Positions 27,221-41,559 of a DNA stretch of 64,000 bases are shown here, in pieces. A model generated the notes under the pieces. That model was given only the letters and a program-made list of their open reading frames with translations. It was not told the origin of the DNA and ran no database searches. The stretch lies in NCBI GenBank assembly GCA_964016885.1, contig OZ024742.1, positions 233,802,001 through 233,866,000 on the forward strand. The letters are read 5' to 3'. Position 1 is the first letter of the stretch. Each line of letters begins with the position of its first letter. Made by a program: the position numbers and the translations under genes. The stretch comes from Eledone cirrhosa (taxonomy: Eukaryota).

Positions 27221-30200
27221 CCACTAATACCTTCGTTAGACATATAGTTGAATATTGATTAATACGTAAAATTATTAATCATATTGTCTGACAAATGAAT
27301 TGGTTAACTAAAGTGCTAAAGGTAGTCATTGTTAAAACCTAAAGTCAGCTCTACTAATATAAAATTTAAGCATTTTCATTAGGAGCAGTTACACCGTTCT
27401 AATAGTGACTATCTTTAGCATTTTGGTTAACCTATATTCTTCTGACAACTTAGCTCTCAGATCTTCTTATGTTATTGCATCTATATTATTATAAAACACG
27501 CATACGTGGATATCTTTGTCTAGAAAAGTTCGTACCCTTGAATTTTTGTGTAACTGCTCCCAATGAAAATTCTTAAATTTTATATTAGTAGAGCTGACTT
27601 TAGGTTCTAACAGCACTTTAGTTAACATATACTTTTGTCAGACAACATGATTAATAATTTTACGCATTAATCAATATTTTAATTTGGTCTCTAAAAAATT
27701 ACGATATTCAGCACTCGATGAGATCGAGTATTATTAATTCAGCGAAATAATATAGAAGAGGAAGAAGAGAGGGTGTGGTGAGTGTGATCGATAGAGAGAA
27801 AGATGTCGAGAATTGGACGGAAGAATCGGAGGCGGGGGTGAGAGGGGGATAAAAAGACTAGACGAAGGAAAGAAAGGAGTTGAGCTGTTCACGGGAGAGA
27901 GAGGTGGCGCTGATACAGTCGTCGATATAACGACCGTATAGCTCAGGTGTAGGTCCAGTGTACTGGGAGAATATCTGGGTGTCAACGTAGCCAACGAACA
28001 ATTTGGCGTAGAGCGGGCCCTTTCTGGTTCCCACGGCTACTCCAGAGACCTATCACCAGAGTCTGTAGTGTTGTAGATGAGAGATAAGAAACAGGATAGG
28101 AAAGATAGATTTTATATTTATTCCTTGACTAGGTCGAGATAATGGCTTCTAATTTAGGTACAAGGACAACAGTTTGGAGAGAGGGGAAAATCGAGCATAT
28201 CGACCTCAGTACTTGACTGGTACTTTATGTTATAAACCTTGGAAATATGAAAGACATATATGACCTCGGCTGTATTTGAACTTACAACGTAAAAAACTAG
28301 AAGAAATATCACAGCCTTTGTCCGAGGCTCTAACGATCCTGCCAGTCCACCACTATAGGTCGAGATAATAAACACCATGATTTCTTAGGTTCTGGTATAG
28401 TTTAGTTCGTATACGAATATGATTTTATCATCAAAATAACAGCACTTTTGACTTTCCATGGTGCGAGAGAGGTATAGCTAAACAAACCATAACTTACAAC
28501 ATACCTTCTTAACCAAGCAGACATGGGGGCCCGTCTCCAAGAAAATTATGTGGAGGGGGGGAGGGGACAAGATGACACTGCCCCTCTCGTTACGTTTCAG
28601 TGATGCACCCTCAGATGTAAAAGCATTTGCGGTGATATGATTTTACCAAAAATTCGCCTTAGAATTATTACTAATTAGAATGTCCACTTAGAATGTTCCG
28701 AATCTCCAACGAACACCAAAACCTGACAACGGCCCTGCGGTCATGCCTGCGCTAAAAAGTCTGTGCAGCTAAAAAAATTTCTTTGCAATGTTGTAGTTCC
28801 GAATTTGATCCCAGGGCGAGGAGCCTTTGAACAAATATCTCCTACAATAGTCTAGAGTCGACCTAAACGTTAGTGAAATTTAGGAAGCTTTTCGGATAGA
28901 TTGCATCTATTTTTGACCGGTAAACTTGACTAATCTCCTGTTTAATACAGCTACCTACTGCTTCTAGCGATGTTTATAGTTGTGAGTCTCCGGTCATAAA
29001 ATAACTTGATATCTCGATGGCATTGCGCCTTATACGTTATGAGCATTGCTCTCTTTTCTCTGGCTAAGCCAGTAGTTGTCGATATTTTTTACTACGTGAT
29101 TCACTAGACATAAAAAATACTTTACTCTTTTACTCTTTTGCCTGTTCCAGCCATCCGGCTGAGGCCATGCTGGGGCACCGCCCTTGTATAGATAATTTCA
29201 AAAAATATTTTAAAATGTTAAATTTAGAGGGAAAATATATAGAATAGTATTGCTAAACATATTTTATTAACCATATTTATACATAACCAAGTACGGCGAA
29301 CTAAGAATGTTCTTCAAGACGTTTAAGCATTATTATGCCTTGATCTATATTTATTTTACATCTCTGTGGCACCGTTTGACAACCACTGAACTGTGGGTTG
29401 AACCTCTGTCGGTTCTGATGATGAGTGTCCCAGTATTACCATGCAAGTAGCTGAGCATTTCACAGACGCGTGTACCTTTAACTAAATTCTCGGAGATTCA
29501 GCATGACAAAGCTGGCCATTTGAATTGAAGGTTCAACTCATTTTGGGGAACCGAGTGGACTAGGTTAACGTGAAATAAAGTGTGCTGTCGAAGATCTCAA
29601 TGCGCCGCAGGGAATTGAGCTTGTGACTTTACGAACACCCTAAGTACTAAGCCCCCCAAAAAGAGTGGACGTAGGAGTACAAACAGGAAAGTTGTCAGAA
29701 AATGTTTCAAGAGCCTAGAGTATTGAAAGAAAAAAACGGTATCGCAGTAATGGACTCATCATACTTCACATTGTATTAAATGGTTTCAGAAGAAAAAATA
29801 AAGTTAAAGTCTTGACTAGTGTTTGGATCTGACATGAACGATTTAAAACTGTTGATGCAATAAGAATTAGATCGTCTGTTCGTTCATCTGAACGCTATAT
29901 TTACATAACGACATAACACAAATTCGTCGTCAACGAACGAAATTTCATGAACCTCAAAAATGAGAGTGTACACAAATAATCAAAACATCGAGAATATGTG
30001 AATGTAAAGGAAAAAAATAAAAGATGTTTACAATTAGTTTATTTATGTTCGTCCCGTGACATAGAGGCATACTTAAAAGAAGACGATAATGTCGTACATA
30101 TCCCTGAAGAAATATTAAATTCTTAACAAAGGCTCAAGGCCACAGATTCTAATGGAGAGGTCTAAAGATCCCGACCCCAGAGGTAAAGTCAATCTCGGTA

Positions 30201-30777
30201 AGATTCGAACTTAGAACGTAAAAGGTGACAGCTAAATACTGCAAGACATTTTGTCCGACGCTCTGTCTTTGCCAATTCCACCATCTAATAACGAAAACAT
30301 TTCTCGAGAAGGTGAAAGGCAAAGTCGACCGCTCAAAGCCTAGAGAGTCGGAACAAATACCCGTGCTCTAACATATATGTAGTGAACTAAGAAGTTTCAA
30401 TCAAAATTGATTTATGAGAAAACGTACTATTGAGAAAAAATTATACTCTTAACGAGAGATTTTTATATATATATATATATATTTCTCCGTATTCTACCTT
30501 TATTTCGTACGAACTTTCATGTAGCTTGTTTTAGATCTTTTAGAGTTAGCATTAGTATATATTTTTCTCGGGACTCAGAATTATTATCTCGTACAAGTTC
30601 ACTTTGCTGCACTGGGTCGTTGCTGGCCCGGGATGGAAACCTTTATTGTTTATTTCGTGGTAGTCTCTTTAGTATTTTGGCCCCTTTTGTTGACCCGTCA
30701 CCGTATCATTTACGTACTTATACCTCTTAAAAGGGTCCTTGCCTATTCCGTCCCACCTAGTTCTTTTACTTATTTCG

Positions 30778-30816
<39 letters not shown>

Positions 30817-31192
30817 CTTCTTTCTTTCTTTATTTATTTTATTCTAGCCTAACAATAGCCTGAGACCTAGGTCGTAGAATTTAATTTACTTTACTTTTTT
30901 CTTTACACTTATTTGCTTTTCTTCACTCTCAGTATTTTTTCTTTCCTATATATTTCTACCCCCCCATTGTTCTACCTACCGTTCCGACTTCCTCCCCCTC
31001 CCCCTCCCCCTCCCCTGTATCTTCTTTGACCTCATGCCCAACTGTAGCTGGCACTACCAACGCTTGATTGGGTCTACTCCACCCCCTCCCCTCTTTCTCC
31101 TACTGGCAGGTTTAGCCACCATCTCCCCTACTAATTTGCAACCACAGAATTACTACTGATTTTTGACAATCACTTTGACCATATATGGAATT

Positions 31193-31286
31193 ACCCCTTG
31201 AGAAGATCGGCTATTTAAATACCAGGATAAATTTTCATTTAGTCCAGAATTAGCCGTCGAAACGGCTTGAGCTCAGCTGTCGGGGT
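31193..31286 (+). ncRNA. Type I hammerhead ribozyme with U3-A8 variant core, family D
   Basis: acccc-TTGAGAA-gatcggcta...tagccgtc-GAAA-cggct-tgagctc-agctg-TC-ggggt. Confidence 0.78.
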
Positions 31287-31861
31287 CTTACTGGTTCCTA
31301 TTACCCACTCTACTACCTCAAGTATTGAGTACTTTGGTGCGTTATGGTCCACCTGGTTCCTTACCACATTTCCTTCGTTATATATATATATCGTGAACCT
31401 TTATTTGTCTACCTCTCTGTTTTTGTTCCCGTCCAAGTTTTCACTATATATATATATATATATATCTTACGTTAACTATTTTCCCATTTTGACGCTATAG
31501 TCACTTATATATTATGGAATACTTTTGGCTTCTTGCTACAATAATTTCTATACTTTTCATTTATATTTATACTCGGATTTCTTTCCTAGAGTGCTTAAAT
31601 TGTTTGTGACTAATCCCGGTCTTTTTTTTTAAAAAACACGATAATATTGCTTTTTGCTGAACTCCTTATTGTAGAGTTTTTTTTCGGAATGTTTTTGATT
31701 GTTGTTTCATGTAAACAAACATTCGTCTCATTCTGACGGCACCAGCCCTGTTTCCACATGTGCGTTTTATTTTCATAATTTACGCATGATGTTGAACTAG
31801 CCTGCTTTTAAATTCCCTTTTTGGCATATTATAATCAGTGAGATTTTGGCTATCGTGTTGA

Positions 31862-31941
31862 GCTCTGCTGATGATCGAATCCAACCGTGGCCATCCCCAC
31901 TGAAAGTTTCGTGAAATAGTCTTTTCAAGACTATACAGAGC
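31862..31941 (+). ncRNA. Type I hammerhead ribozyme, family B
   Basis: Stem I gctctg/cagagc, CTGATGA, cgaa...ttcg stem II, GAAA, stem III tagtc-ttttcaa-gacta, AUA cleavage triplet. Confidence 0.88.
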
Positions 31942-32189
31942 ATTTGTGTTTTTCCAAATTGAAGGATGAGTATTTTAAACTTTATTTTATCATGAGTTAA
32001 GGCTCGATTGATTTTTCCCTGGATTTCACTAAATTCTGTTGGATGAATCTATATCCTGATTCTTTTTGAGTTGAGTTTGAATTATTTTTCCCACATCTTA
32101 CGTTAACTATTTTCCCATTTTGACGCTATAGTCACTTATATATTATGGAATACTGTTGGCTTCTTGCTACAATAATTTCTATACTTTTC

Positions 32190-32265
<76 letters not shown>

Positions 32266-32475
32266 ATAAATTTGAAGACTAAAATCCAAAGAGGGCTCGA
32301 TAAGGATAAATATATATCAAATATATAAGAACCGTAGAGCAAATATTTATTAAAATAACAGATTAAAGTTTAAGCAAAGAATCGTTGCTTTCACCCTTAA
32401 CGGGATCTTCAGAAGATGCCGTTAAGGGTAAAAGCACCGATTCTTTGCTTAAACTTTAATCTGTTATTTTAATAA

Positions 32476-32552
<77 letters not shown>

Positions 32553-32559
32553 GTGTGTA

Positions 32560-32844
32560 CAGTGGCGGACTGGCCAGGTTGGCAGGTTGCCCAATTGCAA
32601 GTGGGCCCCATGGGTCCCACGGTAACATTGCAAATGCTACTGTGAAATCTAAGAGAAAGAATAAAATTTTCTAAAAAATAAATAGAATAATTAAGTAAGC
32701 ATTTAGTCAACCAATTCCCCAGGGAATTACTAGAAACCAAAATATAGTTAAATAGTATCAGTGGTTGTACATTCTACTGAATCTAAAGCTTAGTGTATTC
32801 ATTCATGCATACAAACATACATATATAAACACAGACACACAAGC

Positions 32845-32893
<49 letters not shown>

Positions 32894-33904
32894 TACATCT
32901 ATCTATATATAGAGATAGATAGATATATATATAGAGAGAGATATAGATACACACACACACACACACACACATAATATATATATATATATGAGTGGGTGTG
33001 AAAGACCAAAGGTCATTATTGAAAGTCTCTGTTAGACTACAGTCGAAGTTAACTTTGCCTTTCATCCTTACGGGGTCGATAAAATAAAGTACCAGTAATG
33101 TACTGAGTAATTGCTGGCCTTGTGCCAAAAGTAGAAACAATTATTGAAAGTCTCTGGATTTCGCAAAATACATGATATTTTTTATTGGAGAAGGTAAGAT
33201 ATTTTTCCGCAAAAATTTGATTCCTCTGTTTTGTTTCCACTTATGTATTTTTTTAAAATGTTATTTATTCATTATAAAAATTAAATGATACTACAGGTTA
33301 AAATGTAGTCTAGATAGATGTGAAACAAAACGAGGATGTAGTTTATGGAACATCCAAATGATTTAGAAGTCGACCTTAAGTAGGAGCAATAACATTAAGA
33401 AAGACATGAACGACACCACAACACTTTGTTTTGAAAAGTTTGAAAGTAGGTTTATAAGTATGAATTTTCATGAGATGTTTGTAGTTGTCTCTGTGGCCTA
33501 GTGGTAGGTACTAGAGTTAGTGAGTACCCTGGCATTGGGTTCAATTCTGGTGCATGTAACCTTTTTCAGTTTTTATTTTACAACCGATAGAAAAAAAACT
33601 GAAAAGGTTTATCGAGAACCCTACTCCCAATCAGGATCGAACTTCAGACTACGATCACCGCCGTCTATGATTCCTCCAACTAGGCCACCGAGGCAGCTAC
33701 AAAAGTATAATGAAAATTGATAATTATAAACCTACTTTTAAAATCAAAGTTAAAAAGATGTTGGTGTCGTTCATGGTTTCCTATTAATAATATTTAGAGT
33801 CGACTTGTCAATCTTCTGGCCCTTTGATAACAACCTTATTATTCCTATGTGTGTTTAACTGTTGAATTAATTTAATTTGATTATTTTAGCAAACAAATAG
33901 TATA

Positions 33905-33974
<70 letters not shown>

Positions 33975-34729
33975 CCAATCATTGTAAGATTGAATCTGAC
34001 ATGCAAAAACATATATATATGAATAAAGTAAGCCCAAATCATAGTAAATTCAAATATCACAGAGAGAAAGAGAAAGTGGGGGGAGAAACAAGGTGCAACA
34101 TAAATGAAACATGGATTACAGGTTAAAATATAATCTAGATAGATGTGAAACAAAACGAGGATGTAGTTTATGGAACATCCAAATGATTTAGAAGTCGACC
34201 TTAAGTAGGAGCAATAACATTAAGAAAGACATGAACGACACCACAACACTTTGTTTTGAAAAGTTTGAAAGTAGGTTTATAAGTATGAATTTTCATGAGA
34301 TGTTTGTAGTTGTCTCTGTGGCCTAGTGGTAGGTACTAGAGTTAGTGAGTACCCTGGCATTGGGTTCAATTCTGGTGCATGTAACCTTTTTCAGTTTTTA
34401 TTTTACAACCGATAGAAAAAAAACTGAAAAGGTTTATCGAGAACCCTACTCCCAATCAGGATCGAACTTCAGACTACGATCACCGCCGTCTATGATTCCT
34501 CCAACTAGGCCACCGAGGCAGCTACAAAAGTATAATGAAAATTGATAATTATAAACCTACTTTTAAAATCAAAGTTAAAAAGATGTTGGTGTCGTTCATG
34601 GTTTCCTATTAATAATATTTAGAGTCGACTTGTCAATCTTCTGGCCCTTTGATAACAACCTTATTATTCCTATGTGTGTTTAACTGTTGAATTAATTTAA
34701 TTTGATTATTTTAGCAAACAAATAGTATA

Positions 34730-34807
<78 letters not shown>

Positions 34808-35705
34808 CCAATCATTGTAAGATTGAATCTGACATGCAAAAACATATATATATGAATAAAGTAAGCCCAAATCATAGTAAATTCAAATATCACAGAGAGA
34901 AAGAGAAAGTGGGGGGAGAAACAAGGTGCAACATAAATGAAACATGGATTACAGGTTAAAATATAATCTAGATAGATGTGAAACAAAACGAGGATGTAGT
35001 TTATGGAACACCCAAATGATTTAGAAGTCGTCCTTAAGTAAGAGCAATAACATTAAGAAAGACATGAACGACACCACAACACTTTGTTTTGAAAAGTTTG
35101 AAAGTAGGTTTATAAGTATGAATTTTCATAGGGTTTTTGTAGTTGTCTCTGTGGCCTAGTGGTAGGTACTAGAGACGGTGGAGATGAGGCTTTGGGTTCA
35201 ATCCCGGTCAAGATGTACATGTAACCTTTTTCAGTTTTATTTTGACAACCCATAGAAAAAAAAACTGAAAAGGTTTACTGGGAACCCTACTCCCGACCAG
35301 GATCGAACTTCAGACCAGGACCATCGCGGTCTATGATTCCTCCAACTAGGCCTCAGAGACAGCTACAAAAGTCTAATGAAAATTGATAACTATAAACCTA
35401 CTTTCAAAATCAAAGTTTAAAAGGTGTGGTGTCGTTCATGGCTTTCCTAGAGCTATTAGTAATATTTAGGGTCGACTTCTGGTCATTATTGAAAGTCTCT
35501 GGATTTCGCAAAATGCGTAATATTTTTTTATTGGAGAAGGTAAGATATTTTTCCGCAAAAATTTGATTGCGCTGTTTTGTTTCCACTTATGTATTTTTCG
35601 AAAATGTTATTTATTCATTATAAAAATTAGATGATAGCATTCTATATGTAGGTGGGCCCCCTTCATCTCCTGGCAACCAATATTTTTAGACCCAGTCCGC
35701 CACTG
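32560..35705. mobile_element. hAT-type non-autonomous element carrying nested repeats
   Basis: 14-bp perfect TIRs cagtggcggactgg / ccagtccgccactg; 8-bp TSD tgtgtgta. Confidence 0.85.
33292..35480. repeat. Tandem array, about 2.6 copies of an 825-833 bp unit containing a fold-back with tRNA-like promoters
   Basis: Unit starts at 33292, 34117 and 34950. Copies 1 and 2 are near-identical; copy 3 is diverged. Confidence 0.9.
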
Positions 35706-37381
35706 TGTGTGTACGTATAGCGAAATCTCTTCGCACATACTGACTCCTGAATGAAATCTGGCTGCTATTTCTCTTTATCTCGTTTAGCATAAGCAGTCTT
35801 GAGAGGCTGGTTAGGTTAAGGTGAAGTGTGATAAGTTTTTCTTCATGCCAGTCGACTCTTGTTCCATGAAAGAGAAGCATCACTTCGACCTTCTTGAGCA
35901 AGTAGCGAGATGTAGCACTTAGCAAAAAAAAACATTGACCCTGTCGACAAGGGCCCGACAGCAATTCTTTTATCAGCACTTCAACCACACAAAATCATTT
36001 TCTTCTTCATATAGACACCACAGAAGCCTTTCTTTTAACGCCGTATTCATTTGTGAGTGCTACCATCAAATGTTATATTTTTATGATTCGAAATAATCAT
36101 ATTCGTTTTCCTTTTAACTGAAGTGGAGTAAAGTTATATATCTAACCAAAATTATTGTATTTGTCGTGTTTATCATCCTCTTTCATAACAATCGCGAACT
36201 CCGCTTCGTGTATATATAATAAAATCATGGCTTATGTTAAAGGTAAAAAAAAAAATTATTGAAACGAAGCTTATTTGAATTTATAGAAATAAGTTGGAAA
36301 CTCGAACGCATGGAACAGCTGTTAAAACCGGAACGAGACAGCCCTAGGATGGAAGTAGCAGCAAGTGTGAGAAGGAACAAGCGAAGAGTGAGAAAGAGAG
36401 AGAGCGGGAGAAAAGACATTTCTATAAATTCAAATACACTCATGCTTCGTCTCGATGATTTTCGAGGCACCCAATGTTTATTTACCTATATCATAAGCTA
36501 TGATTTTATTAGCTTTTTGATATGGGGCCGACTACACTCCCTTTTCTTCTTCTTCTTCTTTGTTTTTGTTGTCATCACACACGCATCATACCAGCAAAGA
36601 TGTTTGTTTATTATCTGTTACACGAGCTGGCATAAAAATTGCGATCCTCTCATTTCGTGCGAAACTGCAAGTCTGATTGAGAGCTGTTGAGGTCAGGTGC
36701 TTCTGTGCCTTTGAATCGTCTTGTAAGGTTTGTAACTTTAATCTCGTCTCTTATTGTAGCCTTAATCTCCATTTGTCTTCCTTTCTTTCTTCTTTACGTA
36801 TCATTCCTACGTACCAACACACTCCTCTCTCATTTATACGTTTCATCTAACTCTCATCCACCTCCCAACTTTCCATCTCTCCAATGTGATCACTGGCAAC
36901 TGTTTTGTGCCATTAAGGGTGTTTTTACCCGACTTACGTGTCGTTTTCATTGACGGTATATGGCTGATTTAACAGCGTTCGAGTTTCCAACTTTAAATAT
37001 ATAAATATATATGTGTATGTATGTATGTATAAAGAATATTATTTTTTTTTAATGGAAAAACAGGAAATAAGTAGACGGAGAAGTTAAAACAGTTCAAAAT
37101 ACAGTAATGTATTAAATAAACTGTACATAAAACTATGTATCATACTTCCTTAACACATTTTTCAAACAAGCATGTGTACGAAATCCTATTGCGTTAAAAA
37201 TGATTACGCGTGGAACAAATTATTTATCAAAGTATCACCAAATACAGTTTCACATTAAATATTAATTTACAATTGTTTCGTCCTTGACTTTGTGGTGTGT
37301 ATGTTGTGAGATGAACATGTTGATGTATTTGTTAATATATTTACACACTCACACACACACACATATATATATATATATAGT

Positions 37382-37438
<57 letters not shown>

Positions 37439-37519
37439 TGAGAGAGAGAGATAAGTGTGTGTGTATACATATATATATATGTGTGTGTGTATGTGTGTAT
37501 ACATATATATGTGTGTGTG

Positions 37520-38640
37520 TCTTCTTCTTCGCCCACTTATTCCTGAGAAGGTCGAGAGGACAGAATCCTCAAACCCTCCCTCCAGCGGGTCCTGTCAGAA
37601 GCAACCGTTTCCAACTGATCCGGCTGAATCCCCAAGCGAGACCAGCCAAGCTCATGTATGTTATCCAACCATTTTGCTCGGGGTCTACCTCTGGGTCTCC
37701 TACCTGTTGGTTTCATCCGTAAAATTTGTCCAGCGATTTATTCCTGAGACATTCTAACCACATGCCCATAGTATCGGAGCTGTGATCTCTCAATTCGGAG
37801 AAGTAGCGGCTCTACCTGGAATGACGCTCTGATCTCCGAGCTACATACTTTATCAAGTAACGTTACTCTAAAGACCCTTCAAAGGTACCCTATTTCGGTC
37901 GCTTGTATTTGCAATCATATTCTTTCGGTCATTACCCAAGATTCATGACCATAGGTAAGGATTGGCACGAGTACTGAATTGAAGACAGCTAGTTTGGCTT
38001 TTACGCCTACCTTCCTTCTTCTGATTACTGAAGGTGGCGCATTGTTGCACCAGCTTTTGCAATTCTTACACTTAATTCAGCGCCCTGACTTCCATCACTT
38101 GTGAACATGGCCCCGAGATTCTCCACCTACTTCTGTGGAACTCCATTCATATGTAAAGTGCACTGCACTGGCTTCCTTGGGAGGACGAGTGTCTCAGTTT
38201 TCGCAGCACTGATTTTCCTTCTAGCGATACAGCACTCGGCATTAAACCTATCAAGTGAAAGTCGAAGATCACCTCCTGTCGAGTTGAATAACACCATGTC
38301 GTCTGCAAATTCCAGCCGATTGATTTTACACCTACCAGTCATGATACCACTTCCAACCCGACTGTGCATGTCAATCCTGCTCATGTAAATAATGGTTTCA
38401 TGAACAGGAGTGGTGACAGTACTCACCCTTGGCGGAGTCCGACTCCCACATTGAAAGGTTTTGATTAAGCACCAATTATCCGAACACCAATACTCGGGCA
38501 TTCATGCAGAGACATCAGGGCAGCAAGAAGCTGACCATCAATCCCATACTCCTGCACAACCTTCCACAGCAGGTCCCGATGAACGCGGTGATATGCCTTC
38601 TCAAGGTGTGTATATATGTGCATGTATATACAGGAGGCTT
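37520..38640 (-). mobile_element. RTE-like LINE fragment, decayed RT
   Basis: HLEKAYHRVHRDLLWKVVQEYGIDG and RLEFADDMVL...KISAAKTE RT motifs. Confidence 0.85.
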
Positions 38641-39048
38641 CAAAACGTTCGCGGAAAAGGGACAGTTGGAAAAAACGGTTTAAGTTATGAAATTTATTTT
38701 TCAACATATGCTCCATCTGCAAATGTCGGTTTAGCTTGCATCCTCCTAAATTGTATCTCATAGACAGTGGTGTAGGGATAACTGCGCTGCAGTCAGGGCC
38801 CCAAATTAATTTTTTTTCTACCATAGATAATGCGCAAGGGCTCCGAGGAAAATTTCAGCTGAGTTGTTAAAGAATTGGATTCGCAATCGTGAGGTTGTGA
38901 GTTCGATTCCTGGACCGAGTAAGACACTCACGTTGCTCCTTCTACCTGGAGTTGCGACCGATTGATAGTATTAGCAATTGGAAAGACCAATTGAAACATT
39001 GTTTCCTCGGTCCGATTTGACGAAAGTCGATTGTTCCTTTATATTATA

Positions 39049-39134
<86 letters not shown>

Positions 39135-39140
<6 letters not shown>

Positions 39141-41215
39141 GTGCTGTAATTTGCTTGAAGCATTGTGCGTTCAGTATGAGAAAGTATGTAATTCAAAAGC
39201 TGCGAGAATGTGAAAGGTGTGCTACAATTTAAGATAAAAGAAGGTAACAAAGGTGCTCTGTGTTATCTGTTCTTTATTCAGATATGACCTTAATTTTAAA
39301 GATAAAATCTCGTCAGACAAAACGTTTTAGCTTGTATGTGCCATCTTTTCTTTCTGTTTATGCTGTTACTCACCGGAAGTGTTAGTAGGTGGTGTAAGTG
39401 TTAACGTATTTGTGTATGCGTGCGTGTGAATGTGTCTGTGTGTTTTTTTCCTTTTTTTAATTTAATATTGTATTTATTAATTTACTTATTTTATTTTATA
39501 TATTTATTATTGTTACGGATCGGTAGAGGGTCGGACACTATGCTTTGCAGTATAGAGTTACAGCCCTTTGAGTTCTGAGCTCAAATCACGCCGAGGTTAA
39601 CTTTGCCTTTCATCCTTACGGGGTCGATAAAATAAAGTACCAGTAATACGCTGGGATAATTGCTGGCCTTGTGTCAAAAGTAGAAACAAATAGTACTTAA
39701 TATATGTGTCTGACACAATGAATGTGTATACATATCCAGGTATAATTGTATAATGGGTATTGCGTTGTTATGCAATGGGTATTTTGTGTGTTATAGCTCT
39801 TGCATACATACATCTCTATACGAGTAAAGGAAAGATGCATTCGCACACCTGTACACATGCCGGCATATATGTATATCATCCACTGTTACCAACAGAAGGT
39901 GGTGTTGTGCGTTAAGTTCCGGTAGGGAAGCAGGTATCTTGTGCCGGGCTGCGGCTTGCTGTTTGTGTGCCGTGCGTTTTCATGTTTTAATGTGTTGCGT
40001 TTAGTGTTTTGTTTGTATTGTGTTTATATAAGTTATGATAGGCACTCTGCCAAAAATACATAGATGTGTTATTATTGTACAATGAGTTTTGTTATGTAAT
40101 GGGTATATTGTGTCGGTCTGTAGCTTGTCGTTAGTGTACTGTGTGTTTACATGTTAAATGTGTTGTATGATTAGTGTTTTGTTTATGTCTTGTGTTGGCG
40201 GTGTGTTGGGTTGGTTAAGTTAGGAATTATGTGTTAAGTTCTGATCTGCTGTTGATGTGTGTTATATTTTTGTTAATGATAATTGCTTCCTTAATTCTAA
40301 TATTTCCTAAGTTTCGATCTCTAGCCTCAATCGTAACTGTTATGTTTTTGTTGTTGTTTCTGCATTTGTCTATGTATTTCTTGAAGGATGAAGCGTGTGT
40401 ATCTAAGTGTTCCTTAATGCGGATATGTAGTGGTCTGATAATGCTACCAATGTAAAAGTTCCTGCATTTATCACATTGAATACGGTATACCACTTTATTC
40501 TGTGTCTCTAAATTAACCAAACACTCAATAACTTCGTTAGTATTACCCGATACATTAAGTGCGTTATATATCGGGAATAATTCTATCTAATATATTCTTC
40601 CTATATCCGAAGTTGACGGGCATATTAATATAATCGATAGGTTATTTGTGAAGTCTTTTCTATGGTATTTAAGGCTAAATATAGGGGTTTTAGGTATAGT
40701 AGGTTCAGTGTATTTTTCCAAATTAGTTGTTTCACAATATTTTCACCTGCCTGTTGAGTTAAGATTTCAGTTAAGTTAGCTTTATTAGTTTTTATTTAGT
40801 TCTTTGTAAATGAATGAAATATATCCCTTAAAACCCATAGTATATATATATTTAGTTTTGTCAGCAAGTACATGTATTTTCTTCGGGTTTTTTAAATAGT
40901 TAATTGTAATGCTAAGTTGTTTCATGAAAGAGTCATAATATTTGGAAGGTTTCTTTAAATTTGATATTGTTTATCATATTAAACAAATCATTTTCAAAGT
41001 TATCCAGCATAACATTATGTAGTGGGTCCTTGTATGTGGTAAATCTGAATTTATATGGTGGAGTACTGTTGTTATTTTCTTTGTAATCATTTTTCTTTTC
41101 ATTAAAAAAAATAGTTTCCATCGTACACGACGGATAAAAGTATTTCAACTAAATCTTCTTTTCCGACACAGGGATGGACTTAAGGACACCGAAAGGTAAT
41201 CCTTGGTTAACATCT
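39135..41215 (-). mobile_element. Internally deleted PLE (N-terminus + GIY-YIG, no RT core)
   Basis: SLKSIP...RRVRWK, FENDLFNMINNIKF, ADKTK, then VVYRIQCDKC..FYIGS..RPLHIRIKEH...IKEAIII; ends in (TA)n. Confidence 0.8.
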
Positions 41216-41559
41216 TAGCAAAAATCATTCTTCCAGACTTAGCATATAAGAAGAACATACATACACACATGCACGTACACACAGACACACACACACACAC
41301 ACACACACATATATGTATATGTATGTATATGTATATATATTCATTTGTTTATTTATTCATTCAATTTAAATGTCTGTATAGTGCTAGTAAGCAATGACAG
41401 ACTAGGGGAAATATTGAGTACTCCTTGCAGTTGATAAACAATAAAAAATATATATATATATATTTAAAAAAAGGAGGGGAAATTAAATAAAATTAAAATA
41501 AAAATTTCAGATATTGAAGGCCAATGGTAGGCAGATTATTCATAAGAACACGAAAACTA

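Noticed and set aside
32343-32479. Complete hammerhead in this hairpin
   Set aside because: CTGAAGA, stem II and GAAA are present, but stem I is cut off by the fold-back and I find no canonical stem III/NUH. Kept only as a partial motif.
33520-34545. Identical 66-aa ORF occurring twice
   Set aside because: A by-product of the tandem duplication; it overlaps tRNA-like boxes and is not preserved in copy 3.
41170-41215. Possible twister-like fold with a GAAA tetraloop
   Set aside because: The pseudoknot pairings are absent; the opposite strand is the PLE N-terminal coding remnant (SLKSIP).
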